The notes: a model not told the origin generated them from the letters alone. A stretch of 61,436 bases of DNA, filler included, from Nemertoderma westbladi (GCA_032718475.1; 3 parts of 3 records of this genome joined end to end with filler, not necessarily neighbours in it), one strand, 5' to 3'; numbered from the whole stretch's first letter, positions 37,034 to 50,836 are shown. Numbers and translations are program-made.

Positions 37034-37810
37034 ATGGATCCCAACGACATTCTGCTCATCGCCCAGGCCCTCAAATGCTTAGCACAGGCACAGCCCGTCA
37101 CCGATCCCACTCCAACAATAACATCTGTGTCAGTCAAACTACCGACTTTTTTCTGGACCTCTGATCCAGAAATGTGGTTCACTCAAATGGAGGCGCAATT
37201 TGAGACACGGACTCCACCGATCACTGCTGACAAGACCAAGTTCAAATATTTAGTAGCTTCCCTTGATAATGCAACCGCAAAAGAAGTTCGTGCCCTCATC
37301 CTCGATCCTCCCGCTAATGAACGCTATGAGGCTATCAAGATTGCCCTGATAAAAGCATTTGGAACAACGCAAGCAGCGAGAGACAACGCACTGCTGTCAT
37401 TGTCTGGCCTTGGAGACCGATCACCATCGGGTCTGCTACGACATATGCATTCCCTGAACAGTGACCCTGAGACAATTTTTCGCGCTCTATTCATGGCCCA
37501 AATGCCCACTGAAGTGCATCACATCCTTGCTGGATCTGGAACTACAGACCTCGAAAAACTAGCAACAGAGGCAGACCACATTATCAAGGCTGGGTGTCTC
37601 GAACTCGGCCCAGCCAGCATCAATGCTGCCCATTTCGCCCCACCTCACCTAACGACCACTACACACAGCCTTTGTTTCTACCACGCAAAATTTGGAGAGA
37701 AAGCACGGAACTGTAAACAAGGGGATTGCCCACTACGCAAACCAGTACGAACATTGACTACCTCACAACGGTACACAAAAGCCCCGGGAAACTCCAAGGC
37801 CGACCGCTAG
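37034..37810 (+). CDS. gag: Gypsy Gag (intact frame)
   Basis: KLPTFFW..DPEMWFTQMEAQF, KFKYLVASL, LGDRSPSGLLRHM, CFYHAKFGEKARNC. Confidence 0.85.
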   Translation: MDPNDILLIAQALKCLAQAQPVTDPTPTITSVSVKLPTFFWTSDPEMWFTQMEAQFETRTPPITADKTKFKYLVASLDNATAKEVRALILDPPANERYEAIKIALIKAFGTTQAARDNALLSLSGLGDRSPSGLLRHMHSLNSDPETIFRALFMAQMPTEVHHILAGSGTTDLEKLATEADHIIKAGCLELGPASINAAHFAPPHLTTTTHSLCFYHAKFGEKARNCKQGDCPLRKPVRTLTTSQRYTKAPGNSKADR

Positions 37811-37829
37811 GCGTCTCTGCGGTCGGCCA
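37786..37829 (+). promoter_or_regulatory. -1 programmed ribosomal frameshift signal
   Basis: G GGA AAC in the gag frame, 5-nt spacer, 10-bp stem GGCCGACCGC/GCGGTCGGCC; the -1 frame is the protease ORF 37726-38073. Confidence 0.8.
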
Positions 37830-38199
37830 CCCTCCAACGACGAAAAGAAACACGATGACGGTTTGTGACCGCCGCTCTGGTCGCCACTACCTCGTAGACT
37901 GTGGTGAAGATTACTCAGTTTACCCTGCATCTGCATATGAAAAGCGGTTCAACGCATGCACAGATCCACTTGAAGCTGCAAACTCAACCATCATCCGCAC
38001 CTGGGGTTCACGGGACATCCCTCTCCTACTTGCAGCTCCTGTACACGTCTACGTTGGATCTGCTCGCTGTTAGCCGCTTCATCATACAACTGCTTTAAGT
38101 GCTGCTGTAGTTGTTGCTGCTGCTGTTGCTGCTTTTCCAGTGCTAGCTGATTTTGTTCACTCACTATCTCACGTTGTTTATTTAATCGATTAGTTCCAA

Positions 38200-41100
38200 A
38201 TCGATATTATTTAATTGTTTCATTTTATTATTTACCGCCTCCTGCAGAGCTTGCAGATTTAATGAGGATTCATTTAATCTTTCCCTATAGAGGGAATCCT
38301 CATACGCCCGGGCGACTCTCTCTTTCACCCCAATGGGTCAAGCATCTCTCATCGATTCAACTGAGCCGATGATGGACACGACCGGCCTGGAGGCGGCATA
38401 ATGTCCATCACAGGAGTCGATGATGGGGGACAGACTGGGGCCCAGAGTGTGGGTGTTAAGTGGGTAGGCGAAAGCAGTGCTGGACATTCTGTCTGCCAGC
38501 AGTGGGATTGGTCACGCCTGTTTGGGTCAAAATGTGGGCGTAACTATGTACTGTCTGTCTGGCCACTTCCTACAGTAGTTGTTGAAATACCAAAGGGTGT
38601 AAATTTGGTTTGGGTTGCATTAGCCGCATTAATATACCGGGAACAATATTTGGCGCCGCAAGAGGGGTGTTCATTGGTCTGAAAAAATTCGAGTCAGAGT
38701 CAGTTCTAAACTCTTTGGGATTTTTAATGGAATTAGCAGGGTGTTGAGGCAGCAGTTCTGGCAGGTGATGACGTTCAGCCCGTTCTAAGCGTCTTCCGCT
38801 TCTGGAAGTCCGAGATTTATCCGATGATCTATCAAACTCGTCGGAGGAGGTATAGCAATATAATTGTTTCGTCCTATTTTCCTTTGACTGGGAGTCCGAC
38901 TGCTGTTTTTCTATCCTTCATTTCGCTTCCTTTCATTTTGCTTTCTTTTCTGTTCCGCTAAAAACTGATTTTAGCATTCCTCTTGCTCCAGTTCGCGTTT
39001 TTGTTTTCGTTCCTTCGCTGCTGCCTCGCATTCATCCGCTGCTGCTTCCACTTCCACTTCTGCTTCCGCTTCCGCTTCGCGTTTTCGTTTCTCTGCTTCC
39101 GCTTCGCGTTTTCGTTTCTCCGCTTCCGCTTCGCATTTTCGTTTCTCCGCTTCTGCTTACGCTTCATGTTTTCATTCCGCTTCCGCTTCCACTTCGCATT
39201 TTCATTCCTGCGCTTCATATTCACATTGTAAGCATTCATCATCGGCCTGATCATTTAATTGTTTTAATTTGTTTTGTTTTTCCTCCATGTTCCGATCCAT
39301 ATTCGCTCTCCGTTGATGTCCTGTATCTATTTCCTCATTGATATTCCTTAGAATTATTTTAGTTGTGGGGCTAGTCAGAAGATGTCCATGAAGTTTCCTC
39401 ACCAGTTCTTCTTCTCCCACTTGCTTTATGTAATCTCCGAGGTGTTTACGGATTGCATTTTCTTGTGCCGCTCGAGTTTCAGGTTCGGTCTTCGTATATC
39501 CTTCAATATCACGGGTATCGATCAGGGATGGATGGTCAGAATCCAGAGTTTCAGGATGAGGAGATTCGCCTTGGAAGGAGAGGCAAGTGCGCGGCGACAG
39601 AGCGAACTTTATTACGTATTCATTGGCTGCAGTTTCTATCACTGCAGCTCCAGTCGAGACGGCAGACTGATAGAAGGCAGAAAGGATTATCCTGATACGG
39701 ATTATTCTCTCCTTTATGTCATAAAAGAGTGATGGAGGATTATCTATGTTTGGGTCCCGTATGGCGGTTTCAAACTGGCAATTTGCTTAGCAAAGCCGGT
39801 CTGAAATCCCCTTAGGGTCCTTCCCACTTTACTAAGGTATGTGGGATCAGCTGGTACTTTCAATGCTGTCAATTCATCAGAGGTGGCAGAATGTAATGGA
39901 AAAAACTTATCCAATGCTGGATAATTATAAAATCGCAATACAGCCTGGTGCATCTCTGTGACAGACATAGAGAGTATTTGAACTTTAGACCCTTTTTCGG
40001 TGGCCCTATAATTGTCAATGGCCCTTAGTAGGCCGATTAATAAACCTGGGGAAGGGGCCATAAGTGGGTCCATTCCCGACGGCAGGTTTAAACCTGTGTC
40101 TGTGTCAACTCCGTCCGGTCTAAGTCAGAGGTCGCAGTCACTTGCGGGTCGGTCAGATTGTGATTCGAGGCAAGTAGTGGGTTGGTTAGTTCTGGTGACG
40201 GGGGGTGGTCAATTTAGTTTTGAGGGCATAATGGGGCTACCTGCCTGAAGTCGGAAGTCTGTGCTAGTCAGAAGATGTCCATGAAGTTTCCTCATTAGTT
40301 CTTCTTCTCCCACTCGCTTTATGTGATCTCCGAGGTGTTTACGGATTGCATTTTCTTGTGCCGCTTGAGTCTCGGGTTCGGTCTTCGTATATCCTTCAAT
40401 ATCACGGGTATCGATCAGGGATGGATGGTCAGACTCCAGAGTTTCAGGATGAGGGGATTCGCTTTGGAAGGAGAGGCAAGTACGCGGCGACAGAGCGAAT
40501 TTTATTACGTTTTTATTGGCTGCAGTTTCTATCACTGCAGCTCCAGTCCAGACGGCGGACTGATAGAAGGCGGAAAGGATTATCCTGATACGGATTATTC
40601 TCTCCTTTATGTCATAAAAGAGTGATGGAGGATTATCTATGTTTGGGTCCCGTAAGGCGGTTTCAAACTGGCGATTTGCTTAGCAAAGCCGGTCTGAAAT
40701 CCCCTTGGGTCCTTCCCACTTTACTAAGGTCTGTGGGATCAGCTGGTACTTTCAATGCTGTCAATTCATCAGAGGTGGCAGAATGTAATGGAAAAAACTT
40801 ATCCAATGCTGGATAATTATAAAATCGCAATACAGCCTGTTGCATCTCTATGACAGACATAGAGAGTATTTGAACTTTAGACCCTTTTTCGGTGGCCCTA
40901 TAATTGTCAATGGCCCTTAGTAGGCCGATTAATAAACCTGGGGAAGGGGCCATAAGTGGGTCCATTCCCGACAGCAGGTTTAAACCTGTGTCTGTGTCAA
41001 CTTCCGTCCGGTCTAAGTCAGAGGTCGCAGTTACTTGCGGGTCGGTCAGATTGTGATTTAAGGCCAGTAGTGGGTTGGTTAGTTCTGGTGACGGGGGGTG

Positions 41101-42274
41101 GTCGATTTAGTTTTGAGGGCATAATGGGGTTACCTGTCTGATTCGAACTGGAATATTCCGGTTCGGGCAATTCTCTAGTCAGAGATCTGTCCGGGGTCGG
41201 AATGTATTGGTATTCGCAGTTACGTCAAGGTTAGAGGTGTGGTCGCTGAGAGAGCTGTCTGAGGCGCTCTTGTTGATATTTGAATGATAAGACATTTTGT
41301 TAGGTTTTATTTTAAAGAGAATGTATGGTAAGTCCGATGAATAATATAATAATATAATCAATGTATAATATAGAATCGGACTAACTGACTGAATAACAAT
41401 GGCAACTCGCACGGTACTCCTGCAATACATGTGCAGACTGTCCAGACCCAGCACCAATGTAATATATGTAATACCACGGTACCCCTAGGCCCTGTGTCCA
41501 TTAATTACTACATAACAATGTATTTTTATTAACCCCTGAAATAATTATTATGCCTTATTTTATTATCGATGTTTTTATTGTAAGAATAATAATATATTAT
41601 AAATAATTATTACAATTGCACCTAATAAATAACACGGAATTAAATTGATTAATTCAGTCCAGAAGTTAATTACCGGTAAATAATAAATATATGACCGGTA
41701 ATTTATTTGTCAGGAATAATACCATGATAAATATTCTGATTCACCGCTTGGTGGGGGAAACTATTAGGTTAAATCGCTACCAGCAATGCTACCACTGACA
41801 GAGTAATGAATTACCTCCTATTGGATTAGAGGTAGGATAGCCCAACAGCAAGGAAGGTGGGATAAGCTAGGCAGTATACTACTACTATAGAGTGTATACT
41901 GTAAACCAACTTCAATGTAACAGGTCCAATCAACAGGATGGGTTGAGGCTAGCAAGCTGAGGCAATGCTTCCTATGGGGAATACAACAGCCTATGTACTA
42001 ACAGCAATCAACCAAGAAGGGAGTATAAGCTCAGGCTGTTGTCAACGTTACTTCAGAGGTAGGACAGTCATGTATGTGACTTAATATTTCCTGTAGAAAC
42101 GACAAATAATTCTACCCAAGAAATATATACGTTTTTGGAATATTACGCTGACAGAGATCCAAGTTGTAAATATTGGATCTGATGGGGAATGAAATAATAA
42201 TCTCGGAATAAAAACTGCACAACTCATAAAAAATAATATAAAACGTTACTTATACCTAAAGTACCTACATTACA
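38200..42274 (-). mobile_element. Degenerate LTR element: LTR 42274-41458, PBS-like site, broken gag-like ORF
   Basis: TGTAAT...ATTACA boundaries; TGGTGCTGGGTCTGGA begins 1 nt after the LTR; ORF pieces from ~41298 down to an EAEAEKRK coiled-coil repeat at 38950-39250. Confidence 0.55.
39370..41141. repeat. 893-bp-period tandem duplication
   Basis: 39370-40248 and 40263-41141 are near-identical, with a 14-bp linker. Confidence 0.95.
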
Positions 42275-42293
42275 AATGTGACGTGAGTGTAAA

Positions 42294-42905
42294 TGTGACG
42301 GTATCCACTTGAGTTGACAGTGATGGATACCGACCGGTGTAGGTTGTACGCGTCGTCACGTCGCTGGGCTGCTGAGCTAGGCTGGATATATATGTTTGGC
42401 CAAAGGCCGATGAAAACAACAGAGTTAGTTGTCAGTATTGATAATCACAGCAATTGATAATAGCACAGTCTGAATATAATAATATGCAATACAAACAGTA
42501 ACAGTGACGACGGTCAAAAACGATTCCGGTCTCACTGCCCACTATTGGCTTATATATTAATTGTCACTTCGTCACTTCCTGTTGGTGTTACCCCTTGGTG
42601 CTAGCCTCACTAGCTTGTTTCTCCCTCTGAGGTGGTTTGACCTCTCACCTCTCTCTGTGGCTTACGGCGTGCATCGCCCCCATCCCCCCCCCCCCAGTTG
42701 GTTATGAGGTGAGATTATTATTGGTAATCTCACATCCCCAACTATATTGGTAAAATGCCACTAGTCCCATTTTGGGTGGGTAATGCACGGAATTGAATCC
42801 GCTTACACTCCCCCCCCCCCATGCTATCTTCCCGGTGAGAAGATAGCATCAACTTCAAGTGCGCTTCAATTCCGCTGGAATCCAATCTAATATTGGATGT
42901 GGGGT
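42294..42905 (-). mobile_element. Family B 3' end (copy 5): PPT and LTR 42807-42294
   Basis: Minus strand GCGGAATTGAAGCGCAC..ATGCTATCTTC-GAAGATAGCAT-G11-AG|TGTAAGCGGATTCAATTCCG...GGATACCGTCACA. Confidence 0.8.
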
Positions 42906-43842
42906 GAAATTTTTTTCTATTTACCAGGGAGTTTGTAAAATGTTTCGAACGTTTAGGACATCGAAACCAGACAAGAGACAAACGTTAATAGCACAAATAA
43001 AAACAATAGATATGGTTAGTAGAATGCGTTGCTACCTAGGACTCTTAGTTATGTTGCCGAGTATAGGGTATAACGAACTGTTGACGGGCTAAGACCGCAT
43101 AAAGTGGTTCCGATCGACTGAAAAATTCGAACTAGTAAGTCTGTGTAAGGTAAGTCGATAAATAGCAGTTCGATACTTAGTTGAAGAAACGAAAGTGTCC
43201 CACGATTCATTCAGAGAATATGTTATGGATATTTTTGATGGGCCAGTCGTACTTCTGCGCTTTGATTCCATAACACCAAGTGTGAAAGGTAATTCGTCGG
43301 AAATAAAGCTATATTTCCTCCCACAAGGAAATAAATAACTTTGTGTTTCAATAATGTAAATAGGAATAAGATAGGGAGTAATATGTGGCCTACAAAACAA
43401 TTAAGCATTTACTTAATACACTATGAAGCCAAGCAATCAGATACCGGTAATTCACAGTAGGCAGACTTGCAGTAAAATGTTTTATGGTAAATATGAGATT
43501 CCGTCTATTATCTGATCCGACCAATCTAGAATTATTGCAGTGGGAATTTACCTATTGTACCCGGCTTACAGTAGAAAACGAACGTCTACGCCTTACAAGG
43601 TCCAATAACACATAGGGCGCTATCAGGTAATGTTCAAAACTCAACAATACGTGAAAGCAAAAAACAACAAATACACCAATTATAAATAACGATATATAAA
43701 GTACTCCTTTACACTCTCCGGTTATACACCAGTAAATAAGTTTATCAAATACTTGCAGAATACTTAACAAAAAATACAATAAACGGACCAGGTCTAGAAT
43801 ATTAATCGATAAATATTTATGCACAAAATTCCTACTAATTAA

Positions 43843-45388
43843 CCCTATTACCACTGGGGTGTTTAGACCATTAGCAGCACTACTGGCGGGGGGTCGATTC
43901 GCCCCCCCCGCTGTATGGAATGGGCTGTAAGTGAAAAAAATATCAAAGAACATTTTTAAATCCAAAAAAATGAAAATTTAATAAGGTGGGTATAATAATT
44001 TTCATGAAAAATAGAAGTAGTCCCAGGACAAAATATAAATTTTTTTGATATTCTAAAAACTGATAGTGTGGCATTGTTGGCTAGCATTAGTAGGTTTTTC
44101 ACTACGCTGAATCGAATGTGATAATATTCCATTTCCGAAAATTGAACTGGATGCTATTTTTCGAGCACCTAAGAAGTGGGTGTGGCACTTTATATTTTGA
44201 AAAATACGATATTCGGTAAATACCCCCATAATTTGATTTCAACGCGTTTTTATAGGTTTTCTTGACCGCTGAATCGATTGAAAATATTATGGAACCCTGA
44301 GGAGTTAGTGGATCGCCCTTTTTGGAGCACCAAAATTAGGGTGTGGCAGTTCAAATATTGAAAAATACGAGATTCGGAAAATAAACCAAAGTTGAGATTT
44401 CAACGCACATTTATAGGTTTTCTCGACCACTGAATCAATTGAACCTGGAACAATTGAATTTGGGACTGGCACTTATTAAAATTTTGAAAAAGTACCACGC
44501 TCTAATTGTTGTGTACCAATAATGATGTACCAAGAAGTTGAAGACTATGAAGGATGCCTCATTGAGATGCGTGACGTCTTATTGGCTCATATTATTACCT
44601 TGAATGAACCTGATATATAATCCTTGTTAGTTGATCTTTTATCCACTCAGATCATTAACATTCTGCAGAGGAGTTACCTCCCAATGCAGGCCTTTTAGAT
44701 ACTGGTCAGATTACTGATGACCGGTGTTTATTACATGCCTTTATATCTTTAACCTTTGTCGTTAATGTCTGTGTCTTGGTAACATTATAATATTATTAAT
44801 TGATATTCTGTCGTTAAACTCAATTTACTCTCTTTGTTTGTTTAATATATCGCCGATATTACGAAATCAAGTGAATCAAGGAATTGATTCGAATATGGGT
44901 ATAATGGCACTAGGTGGCGTAAAAACCCTTACTAGAAAATAATTCAATAGGAATAATTAATATTATACCGCAACTGGTTTTTTATCACTAAAAATGTAGT
45001 TTTGGACCAAAATTGGTAACATAAGTAATTTAAAGGCAGAATATATGAATGCAGCAACAATTTGGCCGCCGAAAAAAACATTTCTAAATTAATTTATATG
45101 AATTCCATCTAATTGCAAACACCAAAAAACCGGTGTTAAAAGTCAAATTTCATGAAATGGAATTTTCAAAAAACGTCTCAAAAAAGTGCCAAAAGTGTGG
45201 TTAAAAAATGGTGCTATAACTCGAAAACTTCCACATATTTTTGAAAACGGTTTTCACTATTAGTAAGACCATAGATTTTTAGGAAAAGTCAAAATTTCAG
45301 ATTCCCCACTACGTTTGTTTCAGAGTTATAACAAAAAACCAACACGGTCATATTGACCACCACCCCCCCCCCCCCGGGTTTAATATGG
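43843..45388. mobile_element. Diverged piggyBac-like TTAA element (possibly composite)
   Basis: TTAA|CCCTATTACCACTGGGG ... CCCCGGGTTTAATATGG|TTAA; internal ~160-bp repeats at 44091, 44251 and 44411. Confidence 0.45.
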
Positions 45389-46881
45389 TTAAGCAAAGGG
45401 ATCAATAGATACTATCATCTTGTTTCTTGCGTTATGTGTTTATGAGGGTACTGAATCTGATGGAATAAATAGAGTACTGGACATCTTAAAATTATATTTT
45501 TGGTAGAGGGTACGAAATTTGGTGCTAGCATGGAAATTTGCCATATTACAACAAAAATACGAGTTGCAATGATCTGATGTTGTAGAAATAACTTATTCCA
45601 TTAGAATCAGCACCCCCGAAAACCTAAAATAATTTCTAGCATAAGTAAATTAAAATTTTTGTGTTTGTACTGAAAAGTGCTGCTAACTGTTTTTTTTTCA
45701 TTTTTTTTTTGCCTATGTAGAGGACTGTCATTTATGCAGCAACCAGATAAAATATAAATATCTTCCATTTGATTCAGTGCCATAGAAATCCTATATTGAA
45801 AGAAAGGTTAGAGTAAAGAAAATAAATTATTTTTCAGTAATCTGTCATAATATTTAGCAAAACAGACGTCATGGTTAATAAATACTTTGCCTTGAATTCC
45901 CACCTCGAAAATTCGAGCTCCGCAATGGGGGTCAGGAAACTTTCGTTTTGGAATGACGCGGAATAACAAAGGGAATAAATAGGCAAGGCTCCTGCTGCGG
46001 ATCCATAAACTACCAGTTTCCTCTGTGGATGTTTACTTTGTTTAGTTATAGGGGACCGCACTAGAAAGAAGACTGAGGCTTTATTCGTAATCCCTGCGGA
46101 CGACGGCTGGCATAACAAATGATGGAACTTTATAACTTTGTCACTATATTTTAAAGAAGTTAATTTATTTCACTGGCACAATTATTAAAAAATATCAGAA
46201 CCAAATTCTTAAAAATTAATTAATCCACTTAATTTCTATATATCATATACATTACAAATATAGCCGATAAAAAATGAACCCCACTCATTAAATTAGTCGA
46301 CTCCGTTCATATAATAGACCCCCAAACCTCCCTATTACATTTGTCCACATATTGTCTCATTTCCTTATTGTATACATTCATCCCAATCGTACCGTACTCT
46401 GTGCTTGTACATCACACCACTCGCTTATATACCATAATTTATATTACATATTATTGAGTCCACCGCCAACAACTGCGTATAGAAACATAGAAGATACTGT
46501 ATGCTTATACACTAGAATCATTGATTTACATTCAACACAAAGCAGCGGGATATTATATTATAATTTGTAATTGGCTCGGCCAATCTACTGACGCATGTAA
46601 ATCGATCTTAACAGCTTTATTTGTTATGTGAAGAATGAAGGAAGGCTGGAGAATTATTATATAATTTAATCCGTATAAGAAACTAACTATATCATGTCCA
46701 CTTCCATAATATTTTATTTATTTTCACTGGAGATTTAATAGTCTCTAAATGTAAACTGTGTAGTTGATTGTTAACTACATTATACTTAAGGTAAGCCGGG
46801 TTTATTCTTCGTCTCAGATGTTAAAGGCGTGAACAGACGTGTGTTCGCGCCTTTAACACGGTTTAACTTTTTTTGCATCTG

Positions 46882-47247
46882 ACTACTACGATCGCCATGC
46901 TGCATTGCAGCTGCATTATATATATATTACATATATATTATTAAGAATGCTGTGATGACTTGTCGACAAAATCCACCCTATCACCCATGACATTTGTTAG
47001 ATTATCCGAATTTTCATGGCCAGAGTCATTTAAGATGCGTCTCAAGAAAGGTATGGCCTGTCCACCATGCTTATTCGCTCCATGAGGGTGCAAAAACACA
47101 AGATTATGCACTGGCTGGTCCTCACCGTTAAAGTATTGTCCTACAAAGCGGAGGCGGTTCCATTCAAGTGTCAAGCTAGGAGAGATTAATAGAACACCTC
47201 CAATGTTGTAAAGAGTCTGATTGTAGATGTGTTCATTGTACTTGACA
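46882..47247 (-). mobile_element. Older RTE 3' fragment
   Basis: RLRFVGQYF..EDQPVHNLV; same 3' UTR TGCAGCTGCAATGCAGCATG and TAG tail. Confidence 0.85.
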
Positions 47248-47272
47248 TTTAACGATCATAATCGACATTTAA

Positions 47273-47656
47273 TGAACCGAATCGAGCCGAGTCAAGCCAG
47301 ACCGAGCCAATCGAACTAAGTCGAGCCGATCAAGCCGAGTTGATCCCACTCTATCCTAGTCGAGCCTAATCGCACCGATCGAGCCGAATCGAGCCAAGTC
47401 AAGCCATATCGAGCCGAGTCGAGCCCAATCGAGCCAGACCGAGCCGATCGAGACGAGTCGAGCCCAATTGAGGCAAGTCGAGTCGAACCGAGCCGAGTCA
47501 AGCCCAATCGAGCCGGGTCGAGAAGAGTCGAGCCCAATCCAGCCAGACTGAGCCGAATCTAGCTGAGTCGAGACCAATCGAGCCGGACCCAATCGAGCCG
47601 GACCGAGCCGATCCAGCTGAGCCGAGCCCAATCGAGTGAGTTGAGCCCAATCGAGC
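47273..47656. repeat. Degenerate 5-bp-period repeat (CGAGC/CCAAT/CGAGT)
   Basis: About 75 pentamer units; gives spurious LDSARLG ORFs. Confidence 0.9.
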
Positions 47657-48094
47657 TTTTTAACAAGATACTTTTCGATGTTTTTTTTCTGACCAAATTT
47701 TTCAAAAAAAACTTTTCGTAGCCAGTACTGTCAATCGATTCCCTATCAAAAGTAACGCAAAGCATTTTTTTCAAAAATTTAAATTTGCCAAATTTTTTTT
47801 GCGACTGGGGGGGGGGGGGTGGGTTAAATTGTTTTGATCCGCTATAACTCTGGAACGATTGGTCCAAATTTGATGGAGTTTTTATTTTTCAACTTAATTT
47901 GATGTCCTCTTTCAGCCTATTTATGTTTTGTAACCCCAACATCGCCGTTCAAAAATAAATTGTTCCTAGTTCTATAATTTTACAAATTTCAAAAAAGTTG
48001 TAATATTTTATTAATGCATTTACGGTATTCAATGGGGTTTTCGATTTTTATATTAAACGCAATATCCTGAATTTCACTAGCCTAGTTTCGCGTC

Positions 48095-49894
48095 ACCTCC
48101 TGGAAATCGTGGAATTCGATCAACTTGCTTACTGGGCGGAAAAGCAAACCAACCACCAAGGTTAAGGCTGAATCACCAGCCGATCGCCTCAATGGTTGGA
48201 AGGCCCACTTTGAAAAGCTCCTCAATAATGACAGGATATTGCCTGATAACTTTATAGAAGTAAAAGTGTCTGAGTCTGTACTCCCAGATATTCCCATTGG
48301 TGATATCTCCTTTGCAGAAGTGAAGGCTGCTGCAAAGAGCATTAAGACCAATCGTGCCAGTGGAGTAGATGGTGTTCCCCCTGAGGTCTTTAAAATACCT
48401 GAGTGTTTAAAGATCATCTATCCCATCATAGTAGACATGTACCGTACAACAAGAGTCCCACAAGAAATGAAAACAAATAAGTTGGTGCCAGTTCCCAAGA
48501 AGGGCAACCTAACACTCTATGGTTCTTTTCGGGGAATCTCATTGATCTCGATTGCTGCAAAGCTATACAATAGAATTCTATTAAATCGCCTCAGGGATCC
48601 CATTGAGAGACTGCACCGTGGAAATCAGAATGGGTTCCGTAAAGGTCGTGGGACCATGGAGCCCATTTTGGCACTTAGAATGATAATTGAAGAGTTATCA
48701 AAAAAGAAAGACAGGCACCTGGCTGTTATCTTTGTTGACTTCTTCAAGGCCTTTGATTCAGTCTCTCGCTCACGTATGTTCAGCATACTTTCATTATATG
48801 GGATTCCTGATGAAATTATTGCAGCAATCAGATCAGTATATGATGGTTCGACAACATTTGTGTCTACTGTTGACGGTGACACAGAACCATTTGAAGTGTT
48901 ATGGGGCGTCCTCCAGGGAGACACACTTGCACCATTCTTGTTCATAATTGTTGTTGACTATGTTCTACGCAAGTCCTTAGATCATCATAATGATGATGGG
49001 GTGATGATAACTCCACCTACTGGCTCCAGAAGTCGAGGAAATCCTGCCAAGTACCTAACTGATCTAGACTTTGCTGATGACTTAGGAGTACTCTCAGAAT
49101 CACTAGAGGGAGCCCAACGGCTCCTCAGCTCATTAGAACATGCTGCTTGTTGGTCTTTTTATTAACTCCAGAAAGACCAAAATTTTGACAGTTAACTTTG
49201 AAAGTCCTCAGCAAGTCTCTGATCGGATGAGCATAAGCTCAAAAGATGGTATGCTTGAGCATGTGGATGACTTCTGTTACCTGGGATCATGGATCCGGAA
49301 GTCAGGTGAGGACCTTCGAATACGTAAGGGAAAGGCATGGGCAGCCTTGAATAGGCTTTCCAGGATTTGGAAGTCACCGAGAATTAATCGGAAACTTAAG
49401 GTCCGGTTATTTAGAGCAGCAGTAGATCCAGTACTCCTCTATAGGAGTCCATGCTGGGCTCTAACTGCTGAGGACACCAAATCTCTGGATGGCACATTCA
49501 CAAGAATGCTACACCGGGTTCATTGCGTCAAGTTCAATGCACACATCTCCAACCAGACACTATATAACATTGGAGGTGTCTCAATGGTTCCCCCAAGCTT
49601 GACACTAGAACAAAATCGCCTCCGCTTTTCAGGACGTTGCTTTCGCCGTGAGGACCAGCCAGTGCATAATCTTGTACTTTGGCAGCCTCATGGAGTGAGT
49701 AAGCATGGTGGACAGCCAATGACTTTCTTGAGACGCATCTTAAAGGACACTGGCCTTGAAGATGCTGATGATCTAGCAAATGTCATGGGTGATAGGGAGT
49801 TGTGGCGGTGCAATTTTGTCGATAAGCTGGCACAGCATTCTTAAAAATGCAGCTGCAATGCAGCATGCCGATCCTAGTAGTAGTAGTAGTAGTA
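48095..49894 (+). mobile_element. 5'-truncated RTE LINE with RT domain
   Basis: FRGISLISIAAKLYN, QNGFR, FVDFFKAFDS, GVLQGDTLAPFLF, FADD; frameshift ~49145; (TAG)n tail 49875-49894. Confidence 0.93.
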
Positions 49895-50836
49895 AAACGC
49901 AGTCGCATAAATGCGTTGAATTTCACATATCATAAGGGTCCGCAAAATAAAATTCCTGACGTAAACTGTTAATTTTACCAATAAATTGTCCCCGCTTCCT
50001 AATTGTATCTGACACCAAATTACATTTGTAACCTAATAGGTTTCCCAAATGGAGCGCCTCTTTTACCCACGGTAATGGCGATCCATTGAGGGATATTTTA
50101 GCTGCCGGTTCAGACCATTCTGAAGCAAACGGAACGCATTTCGATTTCGATTTTTTTCGGAATGGGATTAGTGCTGAATTTTAACTTATTGTAGGACGCA
50201 AAGCTCTGACAGATGTCAACCATGTACTGCAGACCGGAAATAGATGGACATAAAAGAAGGATGTCGTCGGCGTATACAAAGATTCCGTAGTAGAACGACC
50301 CTATTGTGCAACCAATTCGAGATGACCTCAGGGAATGGACCAACACATTCATAACTACACAAAACAATACAGGGCTGGTGACAGATCCCTGTCGGACACC
50401 ATTGGAGACATTGAATGAGTCAGACTCCGAACTTTCCCACTTTACTCTACATGTCTGATTGGAGTAGATCCATAATAAAGTACGAAGGAAGATAGGGGAA
50501 AACCCTTTCTTTAGCAGCTCCAAGAACAGCTTAGACCATTCTATCATGTCAAAGGCCTTTGACAAATCTAATAGGCATCCAAAGACTGGTGTCACATGAC
50601 GAGAGAAGTGACTTATAACTTCGCTAGCCGCCCAAGTGCATTGCGTAGTACTTGCCCCAGACTGGAAGCCAAACTGAAGTTCATCTAAAGAGAGAAATGA
50701 CGACTGGGAAAGAATCATTACCCATTCGAACACTTTGATGATTAATGACGACAAAGCAATGGCTCTGTAATTACTAGACGCTAAGTGGTCTCCCAATGAA
50801 TCTTTAAGCAAAGGCAATATCGTGCACGTAAGTAAA
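49895..50836 (-). mobile_element. RTE-X-like LINE RT fragment
   Basis: NYRAIALSS, QFGFQ, LDLSKAFD, NGVRQGSVTSPVLF, YADD; continues after a frameshift as LNGSPLPWV..HLG..GKINSLRQEF until cut by the RTE tail. Clade assignment tentative. Confidence 0.85.

Larger units (their letters stand above)
36810..38035 (+). mobile_element. Gypsy element 5' part: short LTR, PBS, gag, start of pol
   Basis: PBS TGGTGACCCGGACG at 36971 (tRNA-Trp-like); protease motif decayed to YLVDCGEDYSVYP; LTR start approximate. Confidence 0.8.

Noticed and set aside
45834-46570. Possible decayed minus-strand coding region
   Set aside because: Too many stops and no recognisable motif.
47316-47631. LDSARLG repeat proteins
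   Set aside because: Translation artefact of a pentamer repeat.
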